From the NCBI GenBank assembly GCA_965214935.1, contig CBDCCS010000022.1, positions 608,001 through 672,000 of the forward strand: a stretch of DNA of 64,000 nucleotides, read 5' to 3'. The notes beneath the pieces were generated by a model that saw nothing but the letters and a program-made list of their open reading frames with translations, searched no databases and was not told the DNA's origin. This document shows, in pieces, positions 50,583 to 61,832 of the stretch; positions within the stretch are counted from its first letter, which is position 1, and every line of letters begins with the position of its first letter. The translations under genes and the position numbers were made by a program. Source of the DNA: Candidatus Velthaea sp. (GTDB lineage: Bacteria > Vulcanimicrobiota > Vulcanimicrobiia > Vulcanimicrobiales > Vulcanimicrobiaceae).

Positions 50583-52145
50583 GTGCAGTTGCCGCACCGT
50601 CATTCTTCGCGTATCACCGCGCTCGTTTCACTCGCCGCGCTGCTTATCACACCGTATTGCGCATCGGCAAATCCGTCGACCACGCATCGGATTCAACGCG
50701 TTTTGCTCGTAAGTATCGACGGTATGCACGGCAGCGATTTACAGCGCTTCGTCGCTACGCATCCGAGTAGCGCCCTGGGAAAACTCTCAGCGTCCGGCAT
50801 CACCTACACCAATGCGCATGCGCCGGTTCCAACCGATTCGTTCCCCGGCTTACTCGCGTTGACGACGGGTGGCCATCCGAAAACAACCGGTGTGTATTAC
50901 GAGGTAAACTACGATCGGACTCTGTATCCGCCGCAATCCCATTGCGCGGGTCCAGCCGGCACCGTCGTCGCGTTCGACGAGTCGATCGATTATAACGCAA
51001 ATGCAATTGACGGCGGCGGCGGCATAAATCCGCAGACGCTGACGCAGCAGAGCATCGGCGCTCACTGCAAGCCCGTCTATCCACACGATTATCTTCGCGT
51101 CAATACGATTTTCGAGGCGGTCAAGGCGCACGGCGGCAGAACCGCTTGGAGCGATAAAGAGCAGAGTTACGAGATTCTCAACGGTCCGTCCGGAAAGGGA
51201 GTCGACGACTTTTATAACCGCGAGATTGTAGCCGGCGGAACGACGAGTTCGATTGCGGCTACCGAGGCATACGACCACGGCAAAGTGTTGGCGATCCTCA
51301 ATGAAATCGACGGCAAATCGGCGCGCGGCGCGGCCGGTGTCGGCGTACCGACGGTCTTCGGCTTGAATTTTCAAGCTGTAAGCGTCGGGCAAAAGCTGGC
51401 CTTCGCAAATTTTGGGGTCGGGCCGCGCGGCGGATATCTTGACGCTTACGGCACGCCGACGCCGTTGCTCGAACAGGCGATCGAATGTACCGATTCGCAA
51501 ATCGGTTTGTTCGTGGCCGAACTGCAACGCCGTCATCTGGCTGAAACGACGTTACTAATCGTCAGCGCAAAACACGGCCAAGCCCCGATCGATAGACGTC
51601 TGCGTCGCGGAATCGCCGGTGCCGCCGCAAGTTTCGGCACGCAGCTTGCAGCCAACCATCTCGCCTTCGTGCAGACCGACGATCTCGCTCTGCTTTGGTT
51701 CACCGATCGCAGCTATCGCAATCTCTCCGATGCCTATACCAAACTGCAATCGCCGGCGTTCAAATCAGCCCTGGGTTACGATAAAGGGCAACTCTTCAAC
51801 CCGTACGTTACGCCGCCGTATTGGGGTCCGTTCCAAGACCCGCGTACACCTGACTTTTCGGTCAAAGTCAACCTCGGTGTCATCTATACCGGCGGAACGA
51901 AGATCGCCGAACACGGCGGCTTCTCGGACGACGATTCGCACGTCGCGCTGTTACTCGCCCGCGCCGGTTCGCACGCCGGCGACAGTGCGAGTCCGCAGTG
52001 GAACCATCGCGGCTGGAGCAATGCATACCCGGTAGAAACAGCACAAGTCGCGCCGACGATTCTCGAGGTTCTCGGCATCGACACACGCGAGTTGCAAGCC
52101 GTCCAGCTCGAAGGCACGCGTGTCTTGCCGGGGCTCCGTTTCTAA
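50583..52145 (+). CDS. Secreted alkaline phosphatase superfamily protein (nucleotide pyrophosphatase/phosphodiesterase type)
   Basis: [25 protein letters not shown] and QVAPTIL. GGAGG SD. Confidence 0.85.
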   Translation: MQLPHRHSSRITALVSLAALLITPYCASANPSTTHRIQRVLLVSIDGMHGSDLQRFVATHPSSALGKLSASGITYTNAHAPVPTDSFPGLLALTTGGHPKTTGVYYEVNYDRTLYPPQSHCAGPAGTVVAFDESIDYNANAIDGGGGINPQTLTQQSIGAHCKPVYPHDYLRVNTIFEAVKAHGGRTAWSDKEQSYEILNGPSGKGVDDFYNREIVAGGTTSSIAATEAYDHGKVLAILNEIDGKSARGAAGVGVPTVFGLNFQAVSVGQKLAFANFGVGPRGGYLDAYGTPTPLLEQAIECTDSQIGLFVAELQRRHLAETTLLIVSAKHGQAPIDRRLRRGIAGAAASFGTQLAANHLAFVQTDDLALLWFTDRSYRNLSDAYTKLQSPAFKSALGYDKGQLFNPYVTPPYWGPFQDPRTPDFSVKVNLGVIYTGGTKIAEHGGFSDDDSHVALLLARAGSHAGDSASPQWNHRGWSNAYPVETAQVAPTILEVLGIDTRELQAVQLEGTRVLPGLRF

Positions 52146-52164
52146 GGTCGAACGCAAGCCCGGC

Positions 52165-52635
52165 ATGATCGAGCGACCTCCGCTGCCACCGTTTGACCAA
52201 GCCACCGCAGTCCAGAAAGCACGTCTTGCCGAAGACGCTTGGAATAGTAAAGATCCGCAACGTGTCGCCGGCGCATACACCGAAGATAGTCGCTGGCGTA
52301 ATCGCATCGAGATTTTCAGCGGTCGCGAAGCGATCGTCGCGTTTCTAAAGCGCAAGTGGCAACGCGAACTCGACTATCGGCTCGTCAAAGAAGTCTGGGG
52401 GTTTCGCGAAGCGCGCATCGCCGTGCGCTTCATCTACGAGTGGCACGATGACGCACTCGTCTGGTTCCGCAGCTACGGCAATGAACTTTGGGAATTCGCG
52501 GCGGATGGTTTGATGCGACGTCGCGAGGCGAGCATCAATGATGCACGAATCGATCAAAGCGAACGGCTACTGCGCTGGGATGGCGATCGGAGACCCGACG
52601 GCCATCCCGGTTTGACGGATCTTCACATACCCTGA
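52165..52635 (+). CDS. DUF1348 / NTF2-like (SnoaL) family protein
   Basis: [32 protein letters not shown] and RREASIND. Confidence 0.9.
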   Translation: MIERPPLPPFDQATAVQKARLAEDAWNSKDPQRVAGAYTEDSRWRNRIEIFSGREAIVAFLKRKWQRELDYRLVKEVWGFREARIAVRFIYEWHDDALVWFRSYGNELWEFAADGLMRRREASINDARIDQSERLLRWDGDRRPDGHPGLTDLHIP

Positions 52636-52658
52636 GCGTATCGATTCGGCCGGTCCGA

Positions 52659-52859
52659 TTAACTGCGCGATTCCGCTTCGGCGCCCTCGCTTGCGCGTTG
52701 CCGAAAATACATGCCGCGGGTTTGCGGATTGGGACCAGTGCCTTTTGCGTACGCCTGCAGCGCGGCGGAATACTCCGCATTTTGCTCCGCTATTTTGAGT
52801 TGCGGCCACCGACGATTGCGAACGGGTTGGGGCGGGGGAACACGTTTCTTTGCTGCCAT
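52659..52859 (-). CDS. Small basic hypothetical protein
   Basis: 66-aa ORF downstream of and co-oriented with the DUF4097 gene; no motif recognised. Confidence 0.4.
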   Translation of the reverse strand: MAAKKRVPPPQPVRNRRWPQLKIAEQNAEYSAALQAYAKGTGPNPQTRGMYFRQRASEGAEAESRS

Positions 52860-52904
52860 GTCGTCATCTGCCGCGCCATCTCGGCGGTTTCCCGCACTAT
52901 GCAC

Positions 52905-53747
52905 TCAACGAACCAAAACGATATCGCCGTCGTCCGATCGCACGCCGAGGCGTCCGCGGCCCGCGCCGATACGCACGGCGCGAGTCGAAACCGCCGGCTC
53001 CGTCAAGCCGGCGACCCGAATACTGCCGTTACTTGATTCGGCGTTGACAAGCGTGTCGGCGCCGGTTGCGAATGCCAGGCTGATCCGGCCGCCGCTGCTT
53101 TCAACGCTACCGTCACGGACTTGTAAGGCCGTACCCTCGATGCGCCCGCTATCGCTTTTTACATCGAGACGCCGGGCGGCCACCGCGAGCAAATCGATGC
53201 GACCTCGTCCGGCTTCGATGTGGAGCGCGGGCACGGCGCTATACTCGACCGTGACGTTGCCGTTTTCGGAGTCGAATGCCGCGTCGGCCCGCAGGCCGCT
53301 CGCAGTGATATCACCGGCACTAACGACGGTCACCCGCGTAGCAGGCGGAACGACGATGATTACCCTGCGATCGTCGCCGGTCGACCAGCGCTCGCGTTCC
53401 GCAGCGTCGATTTCGACGGCGTTACCGGCCCGGCGCGCCGAGATCGTTCCGGTCGCCTGAAACGGCCGTGCCGTCCTGCTCTTACTCAATGACACGTCAA
53501 GCCGGTCTGAATCGCCCGTCGCGATACGCAGATCGGCGTTGCCGATATCGACGGTCAACGCCGGATTCGCCGCAACCTCGAAGCGCGACCTCGGAGCGCC
53601 TTCAACGAGTACTCCAAGCCCCCGATCGCCGGCAATCGCCGGCGCGTTCGACGCGGACGAATCTCCACGGAGCGCAAGGATCCCTTCGCAGGCGATAGCG
53701 ACTTCGATCAACACCAGTGCGGCGATGAGCGCGGGGCGCGGGATCAT
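52905..53747 (-). CDS. DUF4097-family beta-strand repeat protein
   Basis: N-terminal TM helix and repeated S-x-x-G-x-I motifs (SENGNV, SDSGRI, SSGGRI, SSNGSI, SDDGDI). Confidence 0.75.
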   Translation of the reverse strand: MIPRPALIAALVLIEVAIACEGILALRGDSSASNAPAIAGDRGLGVLVEGAPRSRFEVAANPALTVDIGNADLRIATGDSDRLDVSLSKSRTARPFQATGTISARRAGNAVEIDAAERERWSTGDDRRVIIVVPPATRVTVVSAGDITASGLRADAAFDSENGNVTVEYSAVPALHIEAGRGRIDLLAVAARRLDVKSDSGRIEGTALQVRDGSVESSGGRISLAFATGADTLVNAESSNGSIRVAGLTEPAVSTRAVRIGAGRGRLGVRSDDGDIVLVR

Positions 53748-54109
53748 AGCTCATGTACGGCCGGGCCGCGCCCGAAGTTTCGCTGCCCTCGAGCCGCTCC
53801 GTGTATTGCCGAAGCGACCGAGCAACAACGGATCGACTCAGTTCAAAAATGCCGGCAGCGCGGCATTGAACTCCGGCGCGTGCGTTGCACCGACATACCG
53901 CCAGTACGGGCAAATCGTCCGCTATCGATGAAACGACCTGCACTGGAACGCAGCAGTTGCAGCGCGCGCCTATGGCCGGCGTTCTGGCGTGCCGTGTTCC
54001 TCGGTTTGCGTTCCTGCATCTGGGTACACGCAGGTCTGGCGAATGCGCGGTCGCCGTCGCAACGGTGCAGCGCAAAGAACTTCATGAAGCTCGATCTGAG
54101 GTGAAAAAC

Positions 54110-55012
54110 GTGACGCAAACGATGAACCAATTTACGATGCAAGATCCGCGCACGCAGTATCCCCAGCCGAAGTTCGAGGACCAGCCGCAATCGGCGCCGG
54201 GCCTCGCGCAAGAGATGGTTCCCAAGCCCGATCACGGCGAGCAGAGCTATCAGGGATCCGGGCGGTTGTCCGGCCGGCGTGCGGTCATCACCGGCGCCGA
54301 TAGCGGAATCGGTCGCGCCGTTGCAATCGCGTTTGCGCGCGAAGGAGCGGACGTTGCGCTAAACTTCTTGCCTGACGAAGAGCCGGATGCACGCGAAGTC
54401 GTCGCCCTTGTCGAGAAAGCGGGACGCAAAGCCGTCGCAATCCCCGGTGACATCACCGACGAGCGGTTCTGCAACGAACTCATACACAACGCCGATGCGG
54501 CGCTCGGCGGAATCGATATACTCGTGAACGTCGCCGGTAAGCAAACGAACGTCAAAGACATCGCCGATCTTACGACCGAACAGTTCGAGGCGACGTTCCG
54601 CACCAACGTCTATGCGATGTTCTGGCTCTGCAAAGCTGCAATAGCCGTGATGCCGCCGGGTTCGACGATCGTCAATACCACGTCGATTCAAGGCTATCAG
54701 CCCTCACCGGGATTGCTCGATTACGCATCGACCAAAGCAGCCATCACGGCATTCACGCATGCGTTGGCAAAACAAGTCGTCGAGAAAGGCATTCGCGTCA
54801 ACGCGGTTGCGCCGGGTCCGGTTTGGACGCCCTTACAGCCCAGCGGCGGACAGCCGGAAGATAAGATCCCCGACTTCGGCTCCAAAGTGCCGATGAAGCG
54901 ACCGGGACAGCCGGCCGAACTTGCTCCGATTTATGTCTTGCTCGCGTCACAAGAATCGAGTTTCGTGACGGGCGAAGTGTACGGTGTTACCGGAGGCAAT
55001 CACTTGCCTTGA
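54110..55012 (+). CDS. SDR oxidoreductase (YghA-like)
   Basis: [37 protein letters not shown] and [18 protein letters not shown]. Confidence 0.92.
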   Translation: MTQTMNQFTMQDPRTQYPQPKFEDQPQSAPGLAQEMVPKPDHGEQSYQGSGRLSGRRAVITGADSGIGRAVAIAFAREGADVALNFLPDEEPDAREVVALVEKAGRKAVAIPGDITDERFCNELIHNADAALGGIDILVNVAGKQTNVKDIADLTTEQFEATFRTNVYAMFWLCKAAIAVMPPGSTIVNTTSIQGYQPSPGLLDYASTKAAITAFTHALAKQVVEKGIRVNAVAPGPVWTPLQPSGGQPEDKIPDFGSKVPMKRPGQPAELAPIYVLLASQESSFVTGEVYGVTGGNHLP

Positions 55013-56793
55013 GTGCGGATGGGATCCGCAGCGCCGATTGGTTGCCGCTGCGTCAGTACGCTGCACTCGGGGACGGGCGCAGCGTCGCACTCGTGGGCGC
55101 AGATGGATCGATCGACTGGTGGTGCGTTCCGAATCTCGATAGCATGCCGCTTTTAGACCGGCTGCTGGACGGTGAAAGCGGCGGGCGTTTTTCGATAACG
55201 CCCGCTCAAGCGTATACGGTCGAACGCAACTATCGGCCGGATAGCAACGTCCTCGAACAGATTTTTTCGACATCGAACGGTCGCGCGCGCGTGACCGACT
55301 CACTCAATAGCGGCATTTCCGGGCGGCTGCCGTGGAGTGAATTGGCGCGCCGGATCGAAGGACTCGCGGGCAGCGTCGAATTTAAAATCGAAGCGCTTGT
55401 CGGGCGTCGTTTGAATCAGGCAACGTCGTGGCGCGAGCCAAGCCCGCATGGTGATGTGCTGCACGTCGACGGGGTCGTCACTGCCATACGCAGCACCGAC
55501 GGCCTCGAAGCGGTCGAACGTTTCGATCGCGGCTTAACGGCAAGGGTAAAGACGTATCCCGCTTCGCGCAGTACCGTCGCCGTGCTCGCGTCGACGCATC
55601 AACCGCTCATTCTTCCACCCGTACACGATGTCGATGCACGCATCGACCGTTCCGACCGGTCGTGGCGCGAGTGGGCAAACAATCTTCGTGTCGACGGCCC
55701 CTATGCGTCCGACGTTCGACGCAGCGCGCTCGCTTTGAAGCTGCTGCTTTTTTCACCGAGCGGCGCGATTGCCGCCGCGGCCAGCACGTCGCTGCCCGAG
55801 CGGCTCGGCGGCGACAAGAATTATGACTACCGGTATGCTTGGGTGCGCGACGTGGCGTATTCGATCAAAGCGTTTCTGCGGGTCGGCGCGACCGAAGAAG
55901 CAACAGCGGCGTTCGGCTGGCTGACGGCTACAATTCGACGGCACGCCGGCCGGTTGTGCACGATGTACCGGCTCGACGGCGAGCTTACTCCCGACGAACG
56001 GACGCTCGAAATGCCGGGTTATGCACAGAGTTCGCCGGTTCGCGAAGGTAACCGGGCGCGCGACCAATTGCAACTCGGTATTTACGGCGACATCCTGGAG
56101 ACCGCGGCGCTTTTCGTCAGCGAGGGGCACGTACTCGACCTCGTCACGCGCCGGCTGCTCGCCGACATCACCGATCGTTGTGCGGATCTCTGGCACCAAC
56201 GCGATGCGGGCATTTGGGAATTGCTCGAAATCGAACATTACACGATGTCGAAAATGGGCTGCTGGACGGCACTCGATCGCGCGGTGGTCCTTGCGCATCA
56301 GGGTCAGCTCGACAGCAGTCACGTCGAGCGCTGGGAGCGTGAACGCGACAGAATCCGCGATTGGATCGACGCTCATTGCTGGTCGGACGAAAAGCAATCG
56401 TATACGCTGCATCCGCAAACGCAGCGGCTCGACGCATCGCTGTTGCTGGCAACGCGGTTTGGTTTCGAACGACGGGATCGGCTTGCGCTAACCCGTGAGG
56501 CCGTGCGCCGTGAATTAAGTCGCGGACCGCTGGTCTACCGGTATTCCGGCATGCAGGATGAGGAGGGTACGTTCATCGCTTGCGGCTTTTGGCTGGTCGA
56601 AGCGTATGCACTGCTCGGCGACGTGCCGTCGGCAATCCAACAAATGGATGCGATGCTGACGGCGTGCAACGTGAATCTCGGCTTACTCAACGAACAGCTC
56701 GATGCGCGCACCGGCGAAATGCTCGGCAATATGCCGCAAGCGCTAAGCCATCTTGCCCTCATTCATGCCGCGGCGGCGATCTCGGAACGTTAG
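55009..56793 (+). CDS. Glycoside hydrolase family 15 (glucoamylase/trehalase-like)
   Basis: [35 protein letters not shown] and GNMPQALSH. Confidence 0.92.
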   Translation: MSADGIRSADWLPLRQYAALGDGRSVALVGADGSIDWWCVPNLDSMPLLDRLLDGESGGRFSITPAQAYTVERNYRPDSNVLEQIFSTSNGRARVTDSLNSGISGRLPWSELARRIEGLAGSVEFKIEALVGRRLNQATSWREPSPHGDVLHVDGVVTAIRSTDGLEAVERFDRGLTARVKTYPASRSTVAVLASTHQPLILPPVHDVDARIDRSDRSWREWANNLRVDGPYASDVRRSALALKLLLFSPSGAIAAAASTSLPERLGGDKNYDYRYAWVRDVAYSIKAFLRVGATEEATAAFGWLTATIRRHAGRLCTMYRLDGELTPDERTLEMPGYAQSSPVREGNRARDQLQLGIYGDILETAALFVSEGHVLDLVTRRLLADITDRCADLWHQRDAGIWELLEIEHYTMSKMGCWTALDRAVVLAHQGQLDSSHVERWERERDRIRDWIDAHCWSDEKQSYTLHPQTQRLDASLLLATRFGFERRDRLALTREAVRRELSRGPLVYRYSGMQDEEGTFIACGFWLVEAYALLGDVPSAIQQMDAMLTACNVNLGLLNEQLDARTGEMLGNMPQALSHLALIHAAAAISER

Positions 56794-56922
56794 TCTTCGA
56801 CGCTTCCCAAACACATGCTTCGTTTTGCAGCCATCTGACCGGCGTGCAACCACGGGCGATGAAAGTTGTATTGAAGATTGCAATTCGCCATTCAATCAGG
56901 GCGAAAATTAGAGGACGCGTGT

Positions 56923-57585
56923 ATGAACATCGGTATCATCGGCTCGGGCAATATCGGCAGCGCGCTCGCGCATCGCTTCACCGCCGCCGGACATTCGGTC
57001 GCAATTGCGAATTCGCGCGGACCGCAAACGCTCACCGATCTCGCTGCCGAGACCGGCGCAACGGCCGTCTCCGTCGTTGAAGCTGCACGCGATAAGGACG
57101 TGGTGGTCGTTACAATCCCTCAGAAGAACATCCCGCAATTGCCCGACGGCTTGTTCGACGCGACGAGTCGCACGATCGTCATCGACACCGGCAACTATTA
57201 TCCGCAGCAGCGGGACGGCCGCATCGAAGCAATTGAGAACGGAACGACCGAAAGCAGCTGGGTCGCGCAACAACTCGGACGGCCGGTAATTAAAGCCTTT
57301 AATAACATTTATGCCAAGCATCTCTTAGAGAATGGACGGCCTTCAGGCACCGCCGGGCGCATTGCTTTGCCGATCGCCGGTGACGACGCGGCAGCACTCG
57401 CGGTTGTGGCCAAGTTGATCGATGAAATCGGCTTCGATAGCGTCGAAACGCACGGACTCGATCAGTCGTGGCGCCAGCAACCCGGAACGCCGGTGTACGG
57501 GGCGGATCTCGACATGGCCGGCACGCGTCGGGCACTCGCTGAGGCGAGCGAGGTACGCACGCCGGAATGGCGCGCGGCGGCATGA
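56923..57585 (+). CDS. NADP oxidoreductase, F420-dependent family
   Basis: IGIIGSGNIG, ANSRGP, IDTGNYYP.RDG, KAFN and SWRQQPGTP. Confidence 0.9.
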   Translation: MNIGIIGSGNIGSALAHRFTAAGHSVAIANSRGPQTLTDLAAETGATAVSVVEAARDKDVVVVTIPQKNIPQLPDGLFDATSRTIVIDTGNYYPQQRDGRIEAIENGTTESSWVAQQLGRPVIKAFNNIYAKHLLENGRPSGTAGRIALPIAGDDAAALAVVAKLIDEIGFDSVETHGLDQSWRQQPGTPVYGADLDMAGTRRALAEASEVRTPEWRAAA

Positions 57586-57754
57586 TTCAAGCGACGGTCC
57601 GACCGAATTGCAGCCTATAACGAGCAGCCTAACGACGTATTCTTACCGCTAAAACGAATCAGCCGAGAAACCGATAGCCGTTGGTGAACGCACTTATCGG
57701 CAAATCATAGCGCGTTGCATTGCATCAAGCCGTCCACGTCATCTTTGACGCGAC

Positions 57755-58387
57755 GTGAAAGAGCGCATGACCGCGAATTTGCTGCAGCAGCCCGGGCACG
57801 ACGATTCGATTCTCGAAGCACTTCGTTCGGCGACGCGGACCGCACATCGACGCATCGAGGCGTCGGCGCCGATGCGCCGCCTTCTCGGTGACGGCGTATG
57901 TTTAAGCGACTACATCGCACATCTGCGCCGATTACTGGGATTTTACGAACCGTTTGAAGCGGCGCTGGCCGCCGTCGGCTCGGATGTACCTCGTTATCGC
58001 TGCGCGAATCGAAGCGGGTTGTTGAAGCTCGACCTTCAGCGTTTGAAGATTTCAACGCACGCCCGGGATCTGCCGCGTTGCAGTATCGCACCGATCGACC
58101 CTGCCGGAGTCGCCGGGGCGATGTACGTGCATGCAGGCGCGGCGCTCGGTGGTCAGCTCATAGCGCGCCATTTGAAGGCTACACTGCACCTTTCGCAACC
58201 GTTTGCTTTCTACCGTGAAGACGGTGCGCGAACGAGCCGCGATTGGAAAGCCTTCTGCGATTCGCTGGCCGCCCTCGATGCCGATCGCACCGCGACGGTG
58301 TGCTCAACGGCGGTCGCAACATTCTCGGCATTCGAATCCTGGATGTTCGTTCGTGGAGCTCGTTCGGAGGAAGTTTATGATGCCTGA
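57755..58387 (+). CDS. bphO: Biliverdin-producing heme oxygenase
   Basis: LRSAT..AH..IE (proximal His), YV..G..LGG and W..F motifs; overlaps the start of the phytochrome gene. Confidence 0.8.
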   Translation: MKERMTANLLQQPGHDDSILEALRSATRTAHRRIEASAPMRRLLGDGVCLSDYIAHLRRLLGFYEPFEAALAAVGSDVPRYRCANRSGLLKLDLQRLKISTHARDLPRCSIAPIDPAGVAGAMYVHAGAALGGQLIARHLKATLHLSQPFAFYREDGARTSRDWKAFCDSLAALDADRTATVCSTAVATFSAFESWMFVRGARSEEVYDA

Positions 58388-61241
58388 GGCGACGGTTGTA
58401 TCGGGCGGCGTCGCTTCCTGCGAGAGCGAGCCCATTCATATTCCCGGCTCGATTCAGCCACATGGCGTCCTGTTGGCCGTCGAACCGCTGACGTGGCTCA
58501 TTACGCACGCTTCGCAGAACGCAGCGGCCGTGCTGGGCCGCAGCGCGGCGAGCCTCATCGGTGTATCGCCCGCGCTAATTCTGGGCGACGACATTGCACG
58601 CACCATCAACGCGGCGTTCAGCTCGGGTTCTTCGGACACCGGTTATTGTCGTGTTGCCGGCAGCGCCGGCAAACAAAGCATGGAATGCAGTTACTCGCGC
58701 TATCGCAGCTCGTATCTCATCGAACTTACCCCGGACCAGGAAGCGGATTCGCTCGATCTCATCGACATGTCGCTCACGCTACAAGCGCCGTTGTCACGTA
58801 TGGAACGCACGACGACCATCGAAGAGCTCATGCAAGTTGCCGCTACGGAGATCCGCGGCATCAACGGCTTCGACCGGGTGATGATATACCGCTTCGATGA
58901 GGATTGGCACGGTGTGGTCTTAGCCGAGGATGTCGGCGAACGCTTACCGGTCGACTATCTCGGCTTGCACTTCCCGGCCGGTGACATCCCGCCGCAAGCG
59001 CGCGACTTGTATCTGATCAATACTTTGCGCTTGATTCCGGACATCGAATACGTTCCGGTACCGATTTGCTCGCAAACGACAACACCGCTCGACTTGTCGC
59101 GCTCCGAATTACGCAACGTATCGCCGGTTCATTTGCAATACCTCCGCAACATCGGCGTGCGCTCAACCTTGACCGTTTCAGTTGTCGTACGCGGCCGGCT
59201 TTGGGGACTCGTTGCTTGCCATCACATTTCACCGCGCTATCTCAAACATGCGATTCGCTCGACATGCAGCTTCTTCGCGCAGATGTTGGCGCTCAAGCTA
59301 ACGGCAAGAATCGAACATACCGAACTAGCCCGGCGCTTAGAAGCAAACGAGGCGCTGGCAAAATTTGTTGCCGATCTCGATTCGACAAAGTCGCTGTTCG
59401 ACGCGCTCGGTCGCAGTTGGCATCATTTGCTTCCGATCTTCGCGGCCGACGCGTTATACGTGGGGACACCGGACGGCTCGATCGTTTACGGCTCGACCCT
59501 AACGCCGGGCGAACTCGAGCCCGCGCTTGCAGTGCTGCAAGCTCAGGCCGATGGCGGCATCGCGTCGTCTTCTGCGCTTTACCGGCTGTCGTCCGATTTC
59601 CGCGCCTTTGCCGGCGACGTCAGCGGCGTTTTGTTCATTCGCATGTCGGCAGACGACTGTTGTATCGCGCTGCTGCGCCGGGAAATGCGCGCTAGCGTTA
59701 CTTGGGCGGGCGATCCCACGAAGTCGACGACCGTTAGCGCCGAAACCGGCTATCTTTCGCCCCGCGCCTCGTTTGCCGCCTGGGAACAAGTCACGCACGG
59801 TGAAAGCGATCGCTGGTCGGCGGGCGATCTTGTCAATGCGGCAAGCTTACGCGACCTGCTCGTTCACTGGCAACATGCCGGCGACGAGATCCGGGTGTTC
59901 GCGCATTACGATGCGCTGACGGAATTACCGAGCCGGCGACTCGTGCACGAGTTGCTCAAGCGCGCGATCGCCGATGCCGCCGCGCAAAACGGTTCGGTCG
60001 GCCTGCTGTTCATCGATGTCGATCGCTTTAAGCGCTTTAACGACCGGCTCGGACATTCCGTCGGCGATCGCGTGCTGCGTTCCGTCGCGTCGCGCATCTC
60101 CCGGGCGGTGCGCGAAAACGACATCGTGGGCCGGCTCGGCGGCGACGAGTTCGTCGTCGTCATGCCGGCGGTCGCCGACCGCAACGTCGCGCAGAGCGTC
60201 GCCCAGCGGCTGCTCGACGAGATTTCACAGCCGCTACCGGGACTCGAAGGACACGACCTGCGGGTTACGGTGAGTATCGGGATCAGTCATTATCCGCTCG
60301 ACGGAACGACGAGCGAAGCGTTGTTGAGTAGCGCAGATGCCGCAATGTACTTCGTCAAGAAAAACGGACGCAGCGCGTGGGAGTCCTATGAGACGGCACG
60401 CGCCGGTGCAAGTGACGCAGCCGAACGCGTCAGCGTCGTAGCTCAGGCACTCGAACGCGGCGAAATCGTGCCGCATTTTCAACCGATCGTCGATCTGATC
60501 AGCGGTCAGATCGTCGCCTTTGAAGCCCTCGCACGGTGGAATCATCCAATTAACGGAGTCGTCGGACCCGCCGCGTTCATCGAAGCCGCTGAAGAGTCGG
60601 GGCTCATTCTTGGGCTCGGCGAGCGAATACTCGATCTTGCTTGCCGGCAAGTTAGTCAATGGCGAAAAACCTGGGCCCCGCTCGTACGTGTTGCCGTAAA
60701 CGTGTCGCCGCGGCAGCTGCGTGATTTCGGTTTCGTGCAGATGGTCCGGCAGACACTCGAACGCCATGCGTTGTCGGCCGACGCTCTCGAACTCGAGATC
60801 ACCGAAGGAATGATGGTCGGCGACGGTTCGCAGAGCATCACGGCGCTGCGCGAACTCGCGGACGCCGGCGTTCGAATCGCCATCGACGATTTCGGCACCG
60901 GCTATTCATCGTTTAATTATCTACGGCGATTGCCGGTAAAGTCGCTAAAGATCGACCAAAGCTTCGTTGCGGAACTCAGCTCCGATCAGACGCGGGAGAG
61001 CGGAGCAGCGATCATCCTCGCAATTGTTTCCGTCGCCAAGAGTTTAAGTCTCGAAGTGATTGCCGAGGGTGTTGAGACGCCCGAACAACTCGCCATGCTA
61101 CGCGCGCTTGGATGTGACTGGGCTCAAGGTTACCTTCTTAGCCGCCCGCACACAGCCGCGGCCTTTTCAACGTTGCTTCTCGACTTGCCGAACGTCGAGA
61201 AGTCTCAGTCCGAACGCGTGCTGCTCTCGAAAACACCGTAA
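58377..61241 (+). CDS. Bacteriophytochrome PAS-GAF-PHY with GGDEF and EAL output domains
   Basis: [63 protein letters not shown] and EGVE. Confidence 0.95.
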   Translation: MMPEATVVSGGVASCESEPIHIPGSIQPHGVLLAVEPLTWLITHASQNAAAVLGRSAASLIGVSPALILGDDIARTINAAFSSGSSDTGYCRVAGSAGKQSMECSYSRYRSSYLIELTPDQEADSLDLIDMSLTLQAPLSRMERTTTIEELMQVAATEIRGINGFDRVMIYRFDEDWHGVVLAEDVGERLPVDYLGLHFPAGDIPPQARDLYLINTLRLIPDIEYVPVPICSQTTTPLDLSRSELRNVSPVHLQYLRNIGVRSTLTVSVVVRGRLWGLVACHHISPRYLKHAIRSTCSFFAQMLALKLTARIEHTELARRLEANEALAKFVADLDSTKSLFDALGRSWHHLLPIFAADALYVGTPDGSIVYGSTLTPGELEPALAVLQAQADGGIASSSALYRLSSDFRAFAGDVSGVLFIRMSADDCCIALLRREMRASVTWAGDPTKSTTVSAETGYLSPRASFAAWEQVTHGESDRWSAGDLVNAASLRDLLVHWQHAGDEIRVFAHYDALTELPSRRLVHELLKRAIADAAAQNGSVGLLFIDVDRFKRFNDRLGHSVGDRVLRSVASRISRAVRENDIVGRLGGDEFVVVMPAVADRNVAQSVAQRLLDEISQPLPGLEGHDLRVTVSIGISHYPLDGTTSEALLSSADAAMYFVKKNGRSAWESYETARAGASDAAERVSVVAQALERGEIVPHFQPIVDLISGQIVAFEALARWNHPINGVVGPAAFIEAAEESGLILGLGERILDLACRQVSQWRKTWAPLVRVAVNVSPRQLRDFGFVQMVRQTLERHALSADALELEITEGMMVGDGSQSITALRELADAGVRIAIDDFGTGYSSFNYLRRLPVKSLKIDQSFVAELSSDQTRESGAAIILAIVSVAKSLSLEVIAEGVETPEQLAMLRALGCDWAQGYLLSRPHTAAAFSTLLLDLPNVEKSQSERVLLSKTP

Positions 61242-61345
61242 TCGTACGCGTGCGCCGCGGGCGCGTCACGTGCGTCCGCTGTCGAAGCGGGAGAGGACGG
61301 CAACGGGCAGCAGAGTGACGAAGCCTCGCAAGCGAAAAGCACGCC

Positions 61346-61684
61346 ATGAGCGACTTTTCAACGTACGAGCAACGCATCTACCACGCCATGCCGGGCCGCA
61401 TGTCCGACCTCTTACAGCGCTTCGATCGAGTGACGCTGCCGATTTGGAAGCGCATCGGCATTCGCCAAGCGGGCTTCTGGACGATCGAGATCGGTGGATC
61501 GAATCACGACCTCGTCTATTTGTTGCACTGGAACTCGATGGCGGAACGCGAGCAACTTTGGACGGCCTTTATAAGCGATCCGGAGTGGCTGGAAAAGCGC
61601 GCAAAAACTGAAGAATCTGGGCCTTTGATCAGCTCGCTGAGCAACGCATTTCTCAAACCGACCCCCTTTTCGGCCGTTCAGTAA
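61346..61684 (+). CDS. NIPSNAP family protein
   Basis: YEQRIY...PG, GFW, W.S..ER..W..F..DP.W and LKPTPFS. Confidence 0.9.
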   Translation: MSDFSTYEQRIYHAMPGRMSDLLQRFDRVTLPIWKRIGIRQAGFWTIEIGGSNHDLVYLLHWNSMAEREQLWTAFISDPEWLEKRAKTEESGPLISSLSNAFLKPTPFSAVQ

Positions 61685-61832
61685 GCGGTCATCTCTTTGC
61701 TGCCTGATGCGCGCGCGGTGTCAAGCCGGTCGAAGGGGGGGCGCTGCGGTTAGGAAGAATTATTGCTCGCGCAGCGGCTATTGCGCCAAGATTATTCCCT
61801 TACAAACGGCAATCGTTAGCTAGGAGATCGGC

